From an uncultured virus (IMG/VR IMGVR_UViG_3300043436_004224) (Duplodnaviria > Heunggongvirae > Uroviricota > Caudoviricetes): a DNA stretch of 55,691 nt. Position 1 is the stretch's first letter. Each line of letters begins with the position of its first letter. The translations under genes were made by a program, and so were the position numbers. Shown here one piece after another: positions 7,450 to 17,088 of the stretch. Below the pieces are notes generated by a model that was not told the DNA's origin, did not search any database, and was given only the letters and a program-made list of their open reading frames with translations. The stretch lies in the IMG/VR virus record IMGVR_UViG_3300043436_004224, one strand, 5' to 3'.

Positions 7450-9198
7450 TTGGGTATTTTTAAGAAAGAGCCTCAGAAGCAAACTAGAACATCTAGTGGT
7501 GCTCCTCGCGCGACTGCTCCAAAGAATGCAACCAGAGTTGCCCCTGGAGTTTCTATAGACTCTTTTGGAGTCGTCTACGCCGAAGCACAAAACTTCAACA
7601 CACCTAGACCTCTTACTGCTGCCGCGGCTCAGGTAAATCTAAATGACAAAGGTGAAGCAGAGCAGTTTAAATCTCGTAGACAATCAGCATCTTCATCTTG
7701 GCAGACAGAGGCCTGGGAATACTACGATGCTATCGGAGAAGTTAAATATGCTTTCAACCTAGTTGCGTCTGTTGTTTCTCGTATTCGTCTGTACGCAGCT
7801 GCAGTCCAAAATCCAGCTGAAGCCCCAGCTCCAATTCTTTCTGTAGACAAAGTGGATGAGAGACTAGCTGCCGCTGCACAACGCGCACTAGAAAGACTAG
7901 ATTCCGCATTCGGTGGTCAGGCAGGTCTTTTGAAAGACGCTGCACTAAATCTTCAAGTGACTGGTGAGTGCTACTTAGTTCAGATGCCAGAGAGACTTGG
8001 ATCGGGTCTTCCAGAAAGCTGGGACATTCGTTCAGTTGATGAGCTTCAGGTTGACTCTAAAGGCAACTACGTAATTAATCAGAGTAGAGACGTCGGTAAT
8101 GGAAATAGCATGATGTCTTCTCGCAATAATAAAGACATAATTAAACTTCCAAATTCTGCGTTTGTCGGAAGAATTTGGCGAGCACACCCTCGCTACACGC
8201 AAGAGTCGGACTCTTCACTACGCGGTCTACTAGATCTTTGCGCTGAGCTACTACTTCTAAACCGCACCTTCCGTGCAACTGCACGTTCACGCTTGAACGC
8301 TGGTGCTCTTTACTTGCCAGACGGTCTTTCAGTAGCTGCGTCTCCAGACCCAGACTACCCATACGACGAAGACGGTAACTACAACGAGCAGTACAACCCG
8401 GAAGAGTCCGCTGACGACTTCGAAGATCAGCTAATCGACGCGATGACTACTCCGATTAAGGATGAGGACTCAGCGTCTGCTGTTGTTCCACTGATTATTC
8501 GTGGTCCTGCAGAACTTGGTGACAAGATTAAGCAGTTCAAGTTCGAGCGTTCATTCGATCCAGCGCTTTCTGAAAGAAGCGACCGCGTACTAGAGCGAAT
8601 CATGCAGGGTCTAGACGTTCCTAAGGACGTTGTAACTGGCCTAGCAAACGTTAAGTACTCTAACGCTCTACAGATTGACGAAGCACTCTACAAGGCACAC
8701 ATCGAGCCTCTAATGCTTTTGATTGTTGACGCTCTTACTGTTATGTACTTGCGCCCATATCTAATTGCTAACGGCTACCCAGAAGAACAAGTAAAAAACA
8801 TTTGCGTTTGGTATGACCCGTCTCTAGTTGCTACCCGCAATGACCGCGCAGCTGATGCTGACTCTGGTTTTGAAAAGATGGCAGTTAGCTATGACACATG
8901 GCGCAGAGCTCATGGATTCTCCGAGTCCGATGCCCCAGACCCAACCGAGTTTGCACTAAGACTTGTACTACAAAAGGGAATGATCACACCTGAGCTTACA
9001 GAGTCTATGCTCGCTAGTATTTCTCCAGAAATAATGGGAAAGATTAGAGATCAGGCTATGCAAAATAGCGGAGCAGCTATTCCGCCCGAAATTGACCAAA
9101 TTCTTAGCGGAGATACAGTCTCTCCAACGCCGGAAGCAGATGCTGCCGAAGCTCCACCAGCCGAGCCCGCGGCACCACTAGCAGAACCAGAGGTATAG
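7450..9198 (+). CDS. Portal protein
   Basis: 582 aa, downstream of terL; EAWEYYDAIGE, RIWRAHPR and GLDVP motifs typical of actinophage portals. Confidence 0.85.
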   Translation: MGIFKKEPQKQTRTSSGAPRATAPKNATRVAPGVSIDSFGVVYAEAQNFNTPRPLTAAAAQVNLNDKGEAEQFKSRRQSASSSWQTEAWEYYDAIGEVKYAFNLVASVVSRIRLYAAAVQNPAEAPAPILSVDKVDERLAAAAQRALERLDSAFGGQAGLLKDAALNLQVTGECYLVQMPERLGSGLPESWDIRSVDELQVDSKGNYVINQSRDVGNGNSMMSSRNNKDIIKLPNSAFVGRIWRAHPRYTQESDSSLRGLLDLCAELLLLNRTFRATARSRLNAGALYLPDGLSVAASPDPDYPYDEDGNYNEQYNPEESADDFEDQLIDAMTTPIKDEDSASAVVPLIIRGPAELGDKIKQFKFERSFDPALSERSDRVLERIMQGLDVPKDVVTGLANVKYSNALQIDEALYKAHIEPLMLLIVDALTVMYLRPYLIANGYPEEQVKNICVWYDPSLVATRNDRAADADSGFEKMAVSYDTWRRAHGFSESDAPDPTEFALRLVLQKGMITPELTESMLASISPEIMGKIRDQAMQNSGAAIPPEIDQILSGDTVSPTPEADAAEAPPAEPAAPLAEPEV

Positions 9199-9201
9199 AA
9201 A

Positions 9202-9657
9202 ATGCATTACGACAAAACAGAGATGGCTAAAAAACTGGCAGAGCTACTGTCTGAAGTAGTTACTGCAAAGTTCATAATGCAGGGCTACCACTGGAACGTA
9301 CTTGGCCCAGACTTCGGTGAGTACCACGAGTTCTTTGGCGAACTTTACGAGGACCTAGAGTCATCTGTTGACCCAATCGCAGAGAATATTCTTAAGATTG
9401 GTTACCCAGCTCCGTACTTACTGTCCGACTTTTGCGAACTGTCAAAGATTCAAGAAGCTAGACAAGATGGTTCATCTTCTAGATTCCTACTAGAGTCCGC
9501 TCTAAGAGTAAACCAGTGCGTACTTGATTCTTTGATGGAGGCTTTTGTTTGTGCAGAGTCCTGCAGCGAGCAAGGTCTTATGGACTTTTTAGCGGGACGT
9601 ATTGACACCCACAAAAAGTGGAACTGGCAAATTAAGGCCTTCCTAGGAGTTCGCTAA
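9202..9657 (+). CDS. dps: Dps family ferritin-like protein
   Basis: HWNVxGxxFxxxHxxF and DxxAE ferroxidase signatures; 151 aa. Confidence 0.9.
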   Translation: MHYDKTEMAKKLAELLSEVVTAKFIMQGYHWNVLGPDFGEYHEFFGELYEDLESSVDPIAENILKIGYPAPYLLSDFCELSKIQEARQDGSSSRFLLESALRVNQCVLDSLMEAFVCAESCSEQGLMDFLAGRIDTHKKWNWQIKAFLGVR

Positions 9658-10961
9658 TGTCTGAGTATCTACAAAGCGTTCTTAAAGCTGCAGGTGGCCA
9701 TGCCGCTCCTGTAGAAAACCTAAAAGAAAAAGACATTCGTGCTTCCCTAGAGGCAGCCGGAATGCTTGTACCAGAAGAGCAAGACCTTGCCGATGCGCTA
9801 CTAGAGATTGTAGAGAAGCATGGAAAATTTAACGACGACAACACTGGCGTTTGGGCTGGCTATACTTCTGCTAAAGAGAATGCAGAAAACGCAGAGATTG
9901 GCGTTAAGTGCGGCAACTGTGTTTTCTGGCAAGCACCTAACGGATGTCAGATTATTGTTGCTGAGGTAGAGGAAGGCGGCCTATGTCGTTTTGCTGTGCT
10001 CCCAGACGGATCTGTAACTCCTGGTTCCTCTACTCCTAGCGAGGAAGATGAATCCAAAGAGCCTGTAGAAAAATATTTCTCTAAGGAGCCAAAGCTAATT
10101 CAAGACCTACTAAAGTCTGCAATTAGCGAAACAGAGGACGAGTACTCAGACGAGTATCTAGATATCTATGACCTAACTCCAACACAAGAGACCGTCGATT
10201 CTTCAAACTTCAAAGAAGCTGCTGACTATGAAAAGCCAGTAGTAGTTTACAGAGATGACTCTGGAATGTATCTTGTTGATGGACACCACAGGTGCGCTAC
10301 TAAAGTAAAAAACGGTGGCAGTGGGATTAAGGCAAAAGTATATAAACAGCTATCGCTAATAGCGGCAGCCGAGTCTGAAGCTAACCTTAAAAAAGATGCA
10401 GATGACCCTTGCTGGTCCGGATACGTCCAGGTTGGAATGAAAAAGAAGAACGGTAAGCGCGTACCTAACTGCGTACCGTCAGCTGCCACAATTAACATGC
10501 TTGTAGATGACTTTAACTCTCAGTTTGGGTCCGCTCGTCATATTACTAAAGAAGCTGCCTATTCAGTAGCCCGAAGTGCCCTTGAAAGGTACAGCGACTT
10601 GTCTGACGAGGAAATATACTCTGCCATCCTGTGGGAGCTACACGCTTTCGCTGAGTACGCTACTTCAGGCTCTGTGGAAGACGTCTCAGATGACTTCTCC
10701 GAGTACGCAGGGTTGACAGCTGAAGGCCACCCAGGCAGGCAGTCTTCCATAGTGGCAGCTGCAACATGGATTGCCGGTGCTTCCGAGCTGTCCGAATCTT
10801 CTAGAGATGCAATAGCAAATGCCTTTAATGACGAGCTAGACCAAGTAGATTCTTTGCATGCAGCAACTAGAGTCCGTGCTCTTATTTCTAGTGGAGCGCT
10901 ATCTGATAGCACTCTAGCTCAAATAAAAGCCTTACCAGAAAAATACCCTAAAGTCAGCTAA
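9657..10961 (+). CDS. Multidomain head-module protein (HiPIP-like Cys motif, ParB-like domain, CWxGY motif)
   Basis: CGNCVFW...C...C; PVVV...YLVDGHHR; DPCWSGYVQVGMKKKNGKRVPNCVP. Confidence 0.65.
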   Translation: MSEYLQSVLKAAGGHAAPVENLKEKDIRASLEAAGMLVPEEQDLADALLEIVEKHGKFNDDNTGVWAGYTSAKENAENAEIGVKCGNCVFWQAPNGCQIIVAEVEEGGLCRFAVLPDGSVTPGSSTPSEEDESKEPVEKYFSKEPKLIQDLLKSAISETEDEYSDEYLDIYDLTPTQETVDSSNFKEAADYEKPVVVYRDDSGMYLVDGHHRCATKVKNGGSGIKAKVYKQLSLIAAAESEANLKKDADDPCWSGYVQVGMKKKNGKRVPNCVPSAATINMLVDDFNSQFGSARHITKEAAYSVARSALERYSDLSDEEIYSAILWELHAFAEYATSGSVEDVSDDFSEYAGLTAEGHPGRQSSIVAAATWIAGASELSESSRDAIANAFNDELDQVDSLHAATRVRALISSGALSDSTLAQIKALPEKYPKVS

Positions 10962-10968
10962 ATATTAT

Positions 10969-10979
10969 TAGGGTAAAAT
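10969..10979 (+). promoter_or_regulatory. Putative late promoter motif TAGGGTAAAAT
   Basis: Recurring intergenic motif. Confidence 0.6.
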
Positions 10980-11018
10980 TTTAGTTAGCTCTATAATTTT
11001 ATTCGCAGAGGACCCTTA

Positions 11019-14000
11019 ATGCTCGACGGCAAAAACCCTGAATTCGAACCGATTATTTCTAGTATCGGATTTAACGATGGAGCTAACAAAGGCTTCTGGA
11101 GAATCCAGCCACGTGACGACGAAGGTCAGTGGATCGAGATGGGCGCGGACGTATTGTTCCGCTTTCGTACCGGAAGCGGTAACTTAGTTGTTGCTACTGA
11201 GCGTGGAGTTTATGTAGGACCTGGCGGTCGTCCTGGAATGGCCCGAGTCTTAATTTCAAAAGACACCGAGTCTGGACTAAAGGCTGGCGTCTATCAAGTA
11301 GAGTCAAGAAACTTGCAGCAGTTCAAGGCAATTATTCCAAACGCTAAATCTAAAGCGGGTGCGCCAGCGGCTAGAAAAGACAAGTTCGGTAAGCCAGTAA
11401 GAACTCTAGAAGATTCCAAACTACCAGCGCTACAAGATTTGCTTTCTGGTTCTCAAGAAATTACAGAAGAAGATCGTCGTCTAGCTCAGGGTGATCTAAC
11501 TCCAGAAGAGCGCGAAGCCGAGCAGGATGGAAGACAGAAGTCTCCAGTTGCAGATTTGCCAGCTGGTTTCGAATCTGAAAACCCAGAGGAAGTAAAGAAA
11601 CTTCTCCGTGAGTCAGGTGTTGATCCAGACGAGTTTGACAAAAATACTAGCCCTAGTTTTGAACAAGATCCAGAGCTAGCAAAGAAGGCTCAGGAAGCTA
11701 CTAAAGGCCAACTACTAAGAAAAGAAAAGCCTACAGCTTATGGTCGCGGCAACACTAAAGACTTCTCTGAGCTACCAGACGGCACCGTTTTAGATGAATA
11801 TCAGAGAGCTCAGTTCTACCCATCCCTCGACAGCTACACCGGACCGTTTGGCCCAGTGTGGCGTCAAATAATTAAAAAAGATGGTAAATGGTTTTTACGC
11901 GGTAAAGATGGGAAACCAAAAGGTGCTGCACTAAAAAGAGCAGACTTAATTGCCAGACTCAATAGCGGAACTTTAGCTGACACCGGTGCTGGCTCTAAGA
12001 TCGATGAAAATGGAAATCAAGTCGCCGCTTGGGCAGACGAAGTCGGTCAGCTAACTCCTTCAGAGATAGCTAACTCCGACCCGGCCGATGATGTAGTTAA
12101 AGACTTAATGGCAGATGTGGCTTTTGACGGCGACACTACTCCAGATCTAGATTCAGTTCTTAAAAAGCAGGAAGCTTTAATATCTTTTAGAGAAACCGCT
12201 AAGACTCAAAAAGTCCCTTTTGATCTTGACCGTGGAGATATTGTTTTAGGTGAAGACGGATCAGAAAAAACAATTCTAGATGTTGAATTAGGAAACGCTG
12301 CCACCGGAGTTCCAGCTAAGGTTAGAGTACAGAACTCTGACGGAAGCATCGAAGAGCTTTCCGTAAGCATGAGGGACAAATTAAATATTGCAACTGGACG
12401 GCGTGGACAGATAAAGCGTCCGCAAGCCCCGGCCTCTAGACCCGAAGCACCTACTCCGGAAGTAACTGCCCCGGAGGCCCCGAGAGTAGATCCTGAAACT
12501 GTAGAGCCTGGAGAGATGGCCCCTGAAGACGGTTTAACTGTTGTCATGACCCCAGATGGTCTAGCCCCGGCCAACTTCCCGCCTGAAGATCGACTAGATG
12601 ACGGCTCTAACTTTGATCTCCCTACGCTAACAGACGAAGAGTTGGCTGCAGCTCGAGGAATGAGCTTGTCACCTCTTCTAGATCCTGATGGCACTCCTGC
12701 AAAATACGTTGACGAAAATGGCAATCTTGTAGACGCAGAAGATCCTTTTGCGATGTTAGCTGCTCTTGCTAAGGCGTTCCCTAACGCTAAATTTGCTCCT
12801 GACGGCTCACTAATTTTGCACCGCCAAGTAGATACAAAGAGCGGAAAGATTTTTGAGCTCCGAGCCAGCAACTCCGGTAAGAGGGCTATCGTATACTCCT
12901 TCAGGTTCTACAATCCTGCAAACCCTGAAGACTATGTAGAGTATCAGCACAAAGACGATAGGCACTCGGTAACTGCACTATTTAGCGAGGCAAACGGTCC
13001 CGAAGGGCTATTGGACAGACTGCTCGGTAGGGTAGATCGAAAAGGAAAAAATTGGGGCCTACCGGAAAACTTTAAATTCGGTAACACTAGGTATCAAAAA
13101 TCTGACAGCTTATTTAAAAGATCCAGATGGTTTAGGTCTGGTACTGGTGACCGCAAAAAAATGGAAGAAATTGGTGACAACGCCGTTCGTCTTGCTCAAG
13201 GTAGAGCCGCAGTTCTAGAAAAAGAAACCAAGAGAATTAAAAACAGCGCTATCCCGTCGCTATGGGAGGCATTTGATGAACTATTTAAGTCGGGCCCAAC
13301 AAGCGAAGAGCGAGATGTAGAGCTTAAAGACATGTTCTACCAAACCCTATACGGTGTCTTTGGAAGAATTCCACTTGGCGAAAAGTCTCATGCAAACGCT
13401 AGAAAAGCTATTCGTTCAGAATTTAGACGAAAGTTTCCTACTGCCAGCAAAAAAATGGAGCGCGCTTTTAACGGCTACGTAACTTCTGCGTCTGAGCGTA
13501 TGCGCGGAATCTACAGAGGAACTGATCCTCAGGTTAGATCTATTAGATATGCATCTAAAGATAGAACAAGAACTATTGAACGAGGCATGACTGTAGAGTA
13601 CACCAACAACGTTGGGCAAACTTCTATAGTCAAGGTCACTGATTTAGTCGAGAACACTACTTCTAACCCCAACGATAGGGACTCGTACGACTACGGCGAC
13701 AATGTTATTGTTACAGATGCTAACGGCCGGAAGATAAGAATAAATGCTATCAAGCTAAAAATCATGCTGTCTCAGGGCACCCCTCTTACCGCATACAGAC
13801 CTAATCTTCTAGGTGAAGAGCTGCGCCAGGCTAGAATTGACAGTGGACTTGCAGAGGCACCTAGCACTTCTCGACCTAGAAGAATTCCAGGTGCTGGCAC
13901 TGTAATATCAGATCCGGCACCGCCTCCAATGCTTGTCGATGACTTTGTTGTAGGTGAGATGCTCTACAGTAAGTCAAATGGCGCTCCTCTTGGAATAATT

Positions 14001-14129
14001 AAAGCAATCAGACCGACTACTTCTCGTAATGGCACTCAGGGGCTAGCGTTCCTATACACATCGCCTGACGGTACCGAAAACCAGGTTGCTTACGCTTTAG
14101 GTACGGAAGTAACACCAAAAAAAGTTTAG
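11019..14129 (+). CDS. Large head-module protein (1036 aa), probable N-terminal part of a frameshift fusion
   Basis: Long ORF between portal and protease genes; N-terminal QPRDDEGQW motif; ends at A-AAA-AAA-GTT-TAG. Confidence 0.8.
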   Translation: MLDGKNPEFEPIISSIGFNDGANKGFWRIQPRDDEGQWIEMGADVLFRFRTGSGNLVVATERGVYVGPGGRPGMARVLISKDTESGLKAGVYQVESRNLQQFKAIIPNAKSKAGAPAARKDKFGKPVRTLEDSKLPALQDLLSGSQEITEEDRRLAQGDLTPEEREAEQDGRQKSPVADLPAGFESENPEEVKKLLRESGVDPDEFDKNTSPSFEQDPELAKKAQEATKGQLLRKEKPTAYGRGNTKDFSELPDGTVLDEYQRAQFYPSLDSYTGPFGPVWRQIIKKDGKWFLRGKDGKPKGAALKRADLIARLNSGTLADTGAGSKIDENGNQVAAWADEVGQLTPSEIANSDPADDVVKDLMADVAFDGDTTPDLDSVLKKQEALISFRETAKTQKVPFDLDRGDIVLGEDGSEKTILDVELGNAATGVPAKVRVQNSDGSIEELSVSMRDKLNIATGRRGQIKRPQAPASRPEAPTPEVTAPEAPRVDPETVEPGEMAPEDGLTVVMTPDGLAPANFPPEDRLDDGSNFDLPTLTDEELAAARGMSLSPLLDPDGTPAKYVDENGNLVDAEDPFAMLAALAKAFPNAKFAPDGSLILHRQVDTKSGKIFELRASNSGKRAIVYSFRFYNPANPEDYVEYQHKDDRHSVTALFSEANGPEGLLDRLLGRVDRKGKNWGLPENFKFGNTRYQKSDSLFKRSRWFRSGTGDRKKMEEIGDNAVRLAQGRAAVLEKETKRIKNSAIPSLWEAFDELFKSGPTSEERDVELKDMFYQTLYGVFGRIPLGEKSHANARKAIRSEFRRKFPTASKKMERAFNGYVTSASERMRGIYRGTDPQVRSIRYASKDRTRTIERGMTVEYTNNVGQTSIVKVTDLVENTTSNPNDRDSYDYGDNVIVTDANGRKIRINAIKLKIMLSQGTPLTAYRPNLLGEELRQARIDSGLAEAPSTSRPRRIPGAGTVISDPAPPPMLVDDFVVGEMLYSKSNGAPLGIIKAIRPTTSRNGTQGLAFLYTSPDGTENQVAYALGTEVTPKKV

Positions 14130-14146
14130 GCCCCTCTCAGGGGCTC
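14117..14146 (+). other. Putative programmed -1 ribosomal frameshift signal
   Basis: In-frame A AAA AAA heptamer, 5 nt spacer, GGCCCCT-CTC-AGGGGCT hairpin; -1 frame is open to 16276. Confidence 0.7.
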
Positions 14147-16276
14147 ATCTCATTCAGAGAAGTACAAGTAAATCCTGACTCGGACGTCGAGTTTGATTTA
14201 CCTGATTGGGAAGACGTCCCTTCTGAAGTTAGAGCCCTACCAAATGCAGTCATCCCTGAGTTTATAGATTCTAAAGCTGTAAGGGCCCTACCAGAGTTTG
14301 CAAACTTAAGTAGATATGGTGGAGCTACTTATGAAGCTAACCTAGAAGCAGCTGCAAAAAGAGCATACCTACTGCGCGATGAGATGCACCGAAGAGCGAT
14401 GCAAATCTCGAGTTTCCCGGCTAGAGACCTTCTTGGCACCGGTTATCAGCTAGATAAAAACTCTATTTCCCTAGGCGAAGAAGTTCCAGCCTCTAGCATT
14501 TCAATCCTAAGAAATGCGGCGTTTGACTCGCAAGACTTAAGTTTTGCTCGCGCTGTGGTAAAAATTGCTGGAGCAAAAAATCCCAGTTCAAATTTTTACA
14601 ATGAGCAATTTGAAAAAAGTTTAGCGTTTTTTGTCCAGTTCCTTAGGTCAGACGACCCGAATCTCACGATTGACGAAACTGTAGACGGTATCCTTGAGCG
14701 AGGGGTAAAATTTACACCTAGTTCGGGCTCGGAGAGTGTTTCGCCTTTTGGATCCATTCGAGTGCCTTTCAAGGTTACAAGAACTGAACAAACTAAAAAC
14801 GGGTTCATAACTCCTTCGGTAGATATGTCTCCTTATAGGGCTTCTGTAGGAGTTTTAAATAATTTTTATTCAAATAATTTAACTCCAACCGGCCTCAGGC
14901 CTGAAAAGACTTCGTTAGTCATTAGCGCAACTAACGAATTGGCCTCAGCTGAGTACACAAGAGTAACTACTTTGGTTAAAAAAGACGGCTTCTCGGGGGT
15001 TCAGGGAGTCAACATAGCTACAAACACGTACGGCAACGTTGTGCCTATGACTAATGAAAATGAATCTCTAGACCTTATAGCGTCTACAGTCACAAATAAT
15101 ACGATTATTATCAACCACGAAAGCGCTTCTAAAACACCGTCTGCTTTCAGGATAGATCCTATAGTTGAGACAGTTCTACATGAGTACGGCCACACAGTTG
15201 AAAGCAATGTTTTGGGCGTCACCTGGGGGTGGAGCAACAACTCAAGCACTGAAGCCTATGCTGAAGTCAAGGCTAGAAAAGTTTCAGAGTACGGTGAAAA
15301 CAACATTCGTGAGCACTTTGCCGAAAGTTTTGCTAAGTACCTGGGCTCAGGGCAGGCTTCTAAAGAATTTAGAGATTTCTTAGAAAACCAAGTTGGAATA
15401 AAAGAACTAAGCTTAGAGACCCTTTTGCCAAAAATTTTCCAAAATGATAATTTTGTAGACGGACTAGAAAAATACTTAAACGAAAACGCGGATTTGGGCG
15501 GGTACACCGTAAAGATGACTTCAAAGGGTAATAACACAAAAAATGCAGATCTAAGGACCCTATTAAATAGAAAAGGAAGTAGTAGGCATCTTGGCGTAAC
15601 TCTATCGTGGGAGGCAAGCGTACTAGATTCCCAGGGTCGGGATACTGGAGGATCTGGAATGTCTAGAGCTCTAAAAGTAGATCCAAATACTGGCGAAATT
15701 ACAGTCAGCCATCTATCTTTTAAGCTTGGTGACAGCGTTCAAGGTCTCGGCCTGGGGGAAAAGATCACAAAAGCAGCGGTAGAATACTATAAATCTATAG
15801 GAGCAGACAGAATAAAAACATCTGCAGCTGCCACCGATAGCTACCCAAACGGCGCTTACATGTGGGCTCTTCAAGGGTTTGATTTTGCAGATTCAGCAGA
15901 AAGAGATATGTATCACAAGAGGGTTAAGCTTGCTTATGCTGCTTTAAGCGAATATGCTGCAGATAGCGAAAGATACAATTCTATGGACTTTATGGAAGTC
16001 AGCAGAGAAATTGCACGAAAAACAAACTCTGACCAAACCTCGCTGCTACAGCTAATCGCTGAACTAAGAAGAAACGGTTGGGTAATCAGTAATGATCTTC
16101 TCAACCAACTAAAGTCAATAGCGGACAAAAACGGAGTAGAAGTTACAGCTAAACTTATTGCAGAAATAGGCAGAGGCAATAAAAAAGACAAGGGAAAGAA
16201 GTTTTCTACCCTTGGTAGGCACATTATGGTGGCTACTGCGAGAGGCTGGAGTGCAGTTATGGAGCTGAAGAATTGA
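14123..16276 (+). CDS. Zincin metallopeptidase + GNAT acetyltransferase module (-1 frame extension of 11019 ORF)
   Basis: HEYGH with SEYGENNIREHFAESF; QGLGLG acetyl-CoA motif with GAYMWALQGF. Frame is open 87 codons upstream of the first ATG (14384). Confidence 0.75.
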   Translation, partial: SLGPSQGLISFREVQVNPDSDVEFDLPDWEDVPSEVRALPNAVIPEFIDSKAVRALPEFANLSRYGGATYEANLEAAAKRAYLLRDEMHRRAMQISSFPARDLLGTGYQLDKNSISLGEEVPASSISILRNAAFDSQDLSFARAVVKIAGAKNPSSNFYNEQFEKSLAFFVQFLRSDDPNLTIDETVDGILERGVKFTPSSGSESVSPFGSIRVPFKVTRTEQTKNGFITPSVDMSPYRASVGVLNNFYSNNLTPTGLRPEKTSLVISATNELASAEYTRVTTLVKKDGFSGVQGVNIATNTYGNVVPMTNENESLDLIASTVTNNTIIINHESASKTPSAFRIDPIVETVLHEYGHTVESNVLGVTWGWSNNSSTEAYAEVKARKVSEYGENNIREHFAESFAKYLGSGQASKEFRDFLENQVGIKELSLETLLPKIFQNDNFVDGLEKYLNENADLGGYTVKMTSKGNNTKNADLRTLLNRKGSSRHLGVTLSWEASVLDSQGRDTGGSGMSRALKVDPNTGEITVSHLSFKLGDSVQGLGLGEKITKAAVEYYKSIGADRIKTSAAATDSYPNGAYMWALQGFDFADSAERDMYHKRVKLAYAALSEYAADSERYNSMDFMEVSREIARKTNSDQTSLLQLIAELRRNGWVISNDLLNQLKSIADKNGVEVTAKLIAEIGRGNKKDKGKKFSTLGRHIMVATARGWSAVMELKN

Positions 16277-16623
16277 ACGAATTAAGCGAATATAGAGACT
16301 TATACTTTAATTTTATATCGACTAGGCAGCTACCAGACGATATTGAAGAGTGGCCCGAGGCAGATCAAGAAGAGTTTTATGCCCTGTCAGATGAGCTCTC
16401 TGCTAAGTACCGTAAGGCAGAAGAGGAGCGTCTAGCACGTCCTCTAGATAAGCAAGAGCCTGAAGGCTTCTACATGATAAACATCACCCTAGAGACTGAT
16501 GACGGTCCTATATATCAGAAGCTGGACATCAGGACCTTACCGCTAGAAAAGCTCTCGTCGCTGTGCGCTACTTTCCCCCAGTACAACGACTACTACTTTA
16601 AAAAAGCACTAAACATACAATAA
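16273..16623 (+). CDS. Small acidic hypothetical protein
   Basis: TTG start overlapping upstream TGA, GGAG RBS. Confidence 0.7.
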   Translation: MNELSEYRDLYFNFISTRQLPDDIEEWPEADQEEFYALSDELSAKYRKAEEERLARPLDKQEPEGFYMINITLETDDGPIYQKLDIRTLPLEKLSSLCATFPQYNDYYFKKALNIQ

Positions 16624-16687
16624 TTAATAGTATGATAAACTTATAGCTAGATCCAACTAGCTAGTAGAGAAATAGGATCAGGACATT

Positions 16688-17086
16688 ATGGCTGAAGAGC
16701 AAACTTTCAACGTCTCTCTCGAACCCACTATTTACTTCTATGTAAATAAAGACAGCGGGGAGGTCGAGTACGTATCTATGTATACCATCTTTGGTAACAC
16801 TGTCCGCGCTAAAGGCGAAAAATGGACCATGGGTACCAGAGACATGCTAGCAAAATACTACTCCCCTGACTACGAAATCTGGTCTTACGACTGGTCTAAC
16901 GAAGACGACACTCCTGGCAGCGGATCTGCAGACCCAGACGACGAAGACAGCTGGGAAATAGACTTAGTCCAAGACTGGGCTAGAGGCGAAGACTTGACCA
17001 GAGCTGACCTAGAGGAAACCTGCAAGCTGGTCAACTCTGGAGAGTACATGAGCGCCGAAGAAGCCGAAAGCATTCCAGGAGAATAA
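16688..17086 (+). CDS. Small acidic hypothetical protein
   Basis: 132 aa ORF, AGGA RBS. Confidence 0.75.
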   Translation: MAEEQTFNVSLEPTIYFYVNKDSGEVEYVSMYTIFGNTVRAKGEKWTMGTRDMLAKYYSPDYEIWSYDWSNEDDTPGSGSADPDDEDSWEIDLVQDWARGEDLTRADLEETCKLVNSGEYMSAEEAESIPGE

Positions 17087-17088
17087 AT

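Noticed and set aside
14127..14129. TAG stop-codon reassignment or readthrough
   Set aside because: Core genes such as terL and portal end properly at TAG, and the downstream module lies in a different frame
14384..16276. ATG 14384 as an independent gene start
   Set aside because: Weak RBS and the frame is open 87 codons further upstream to the slippery site; the fusion model fits better, though independent initiation is not excluded
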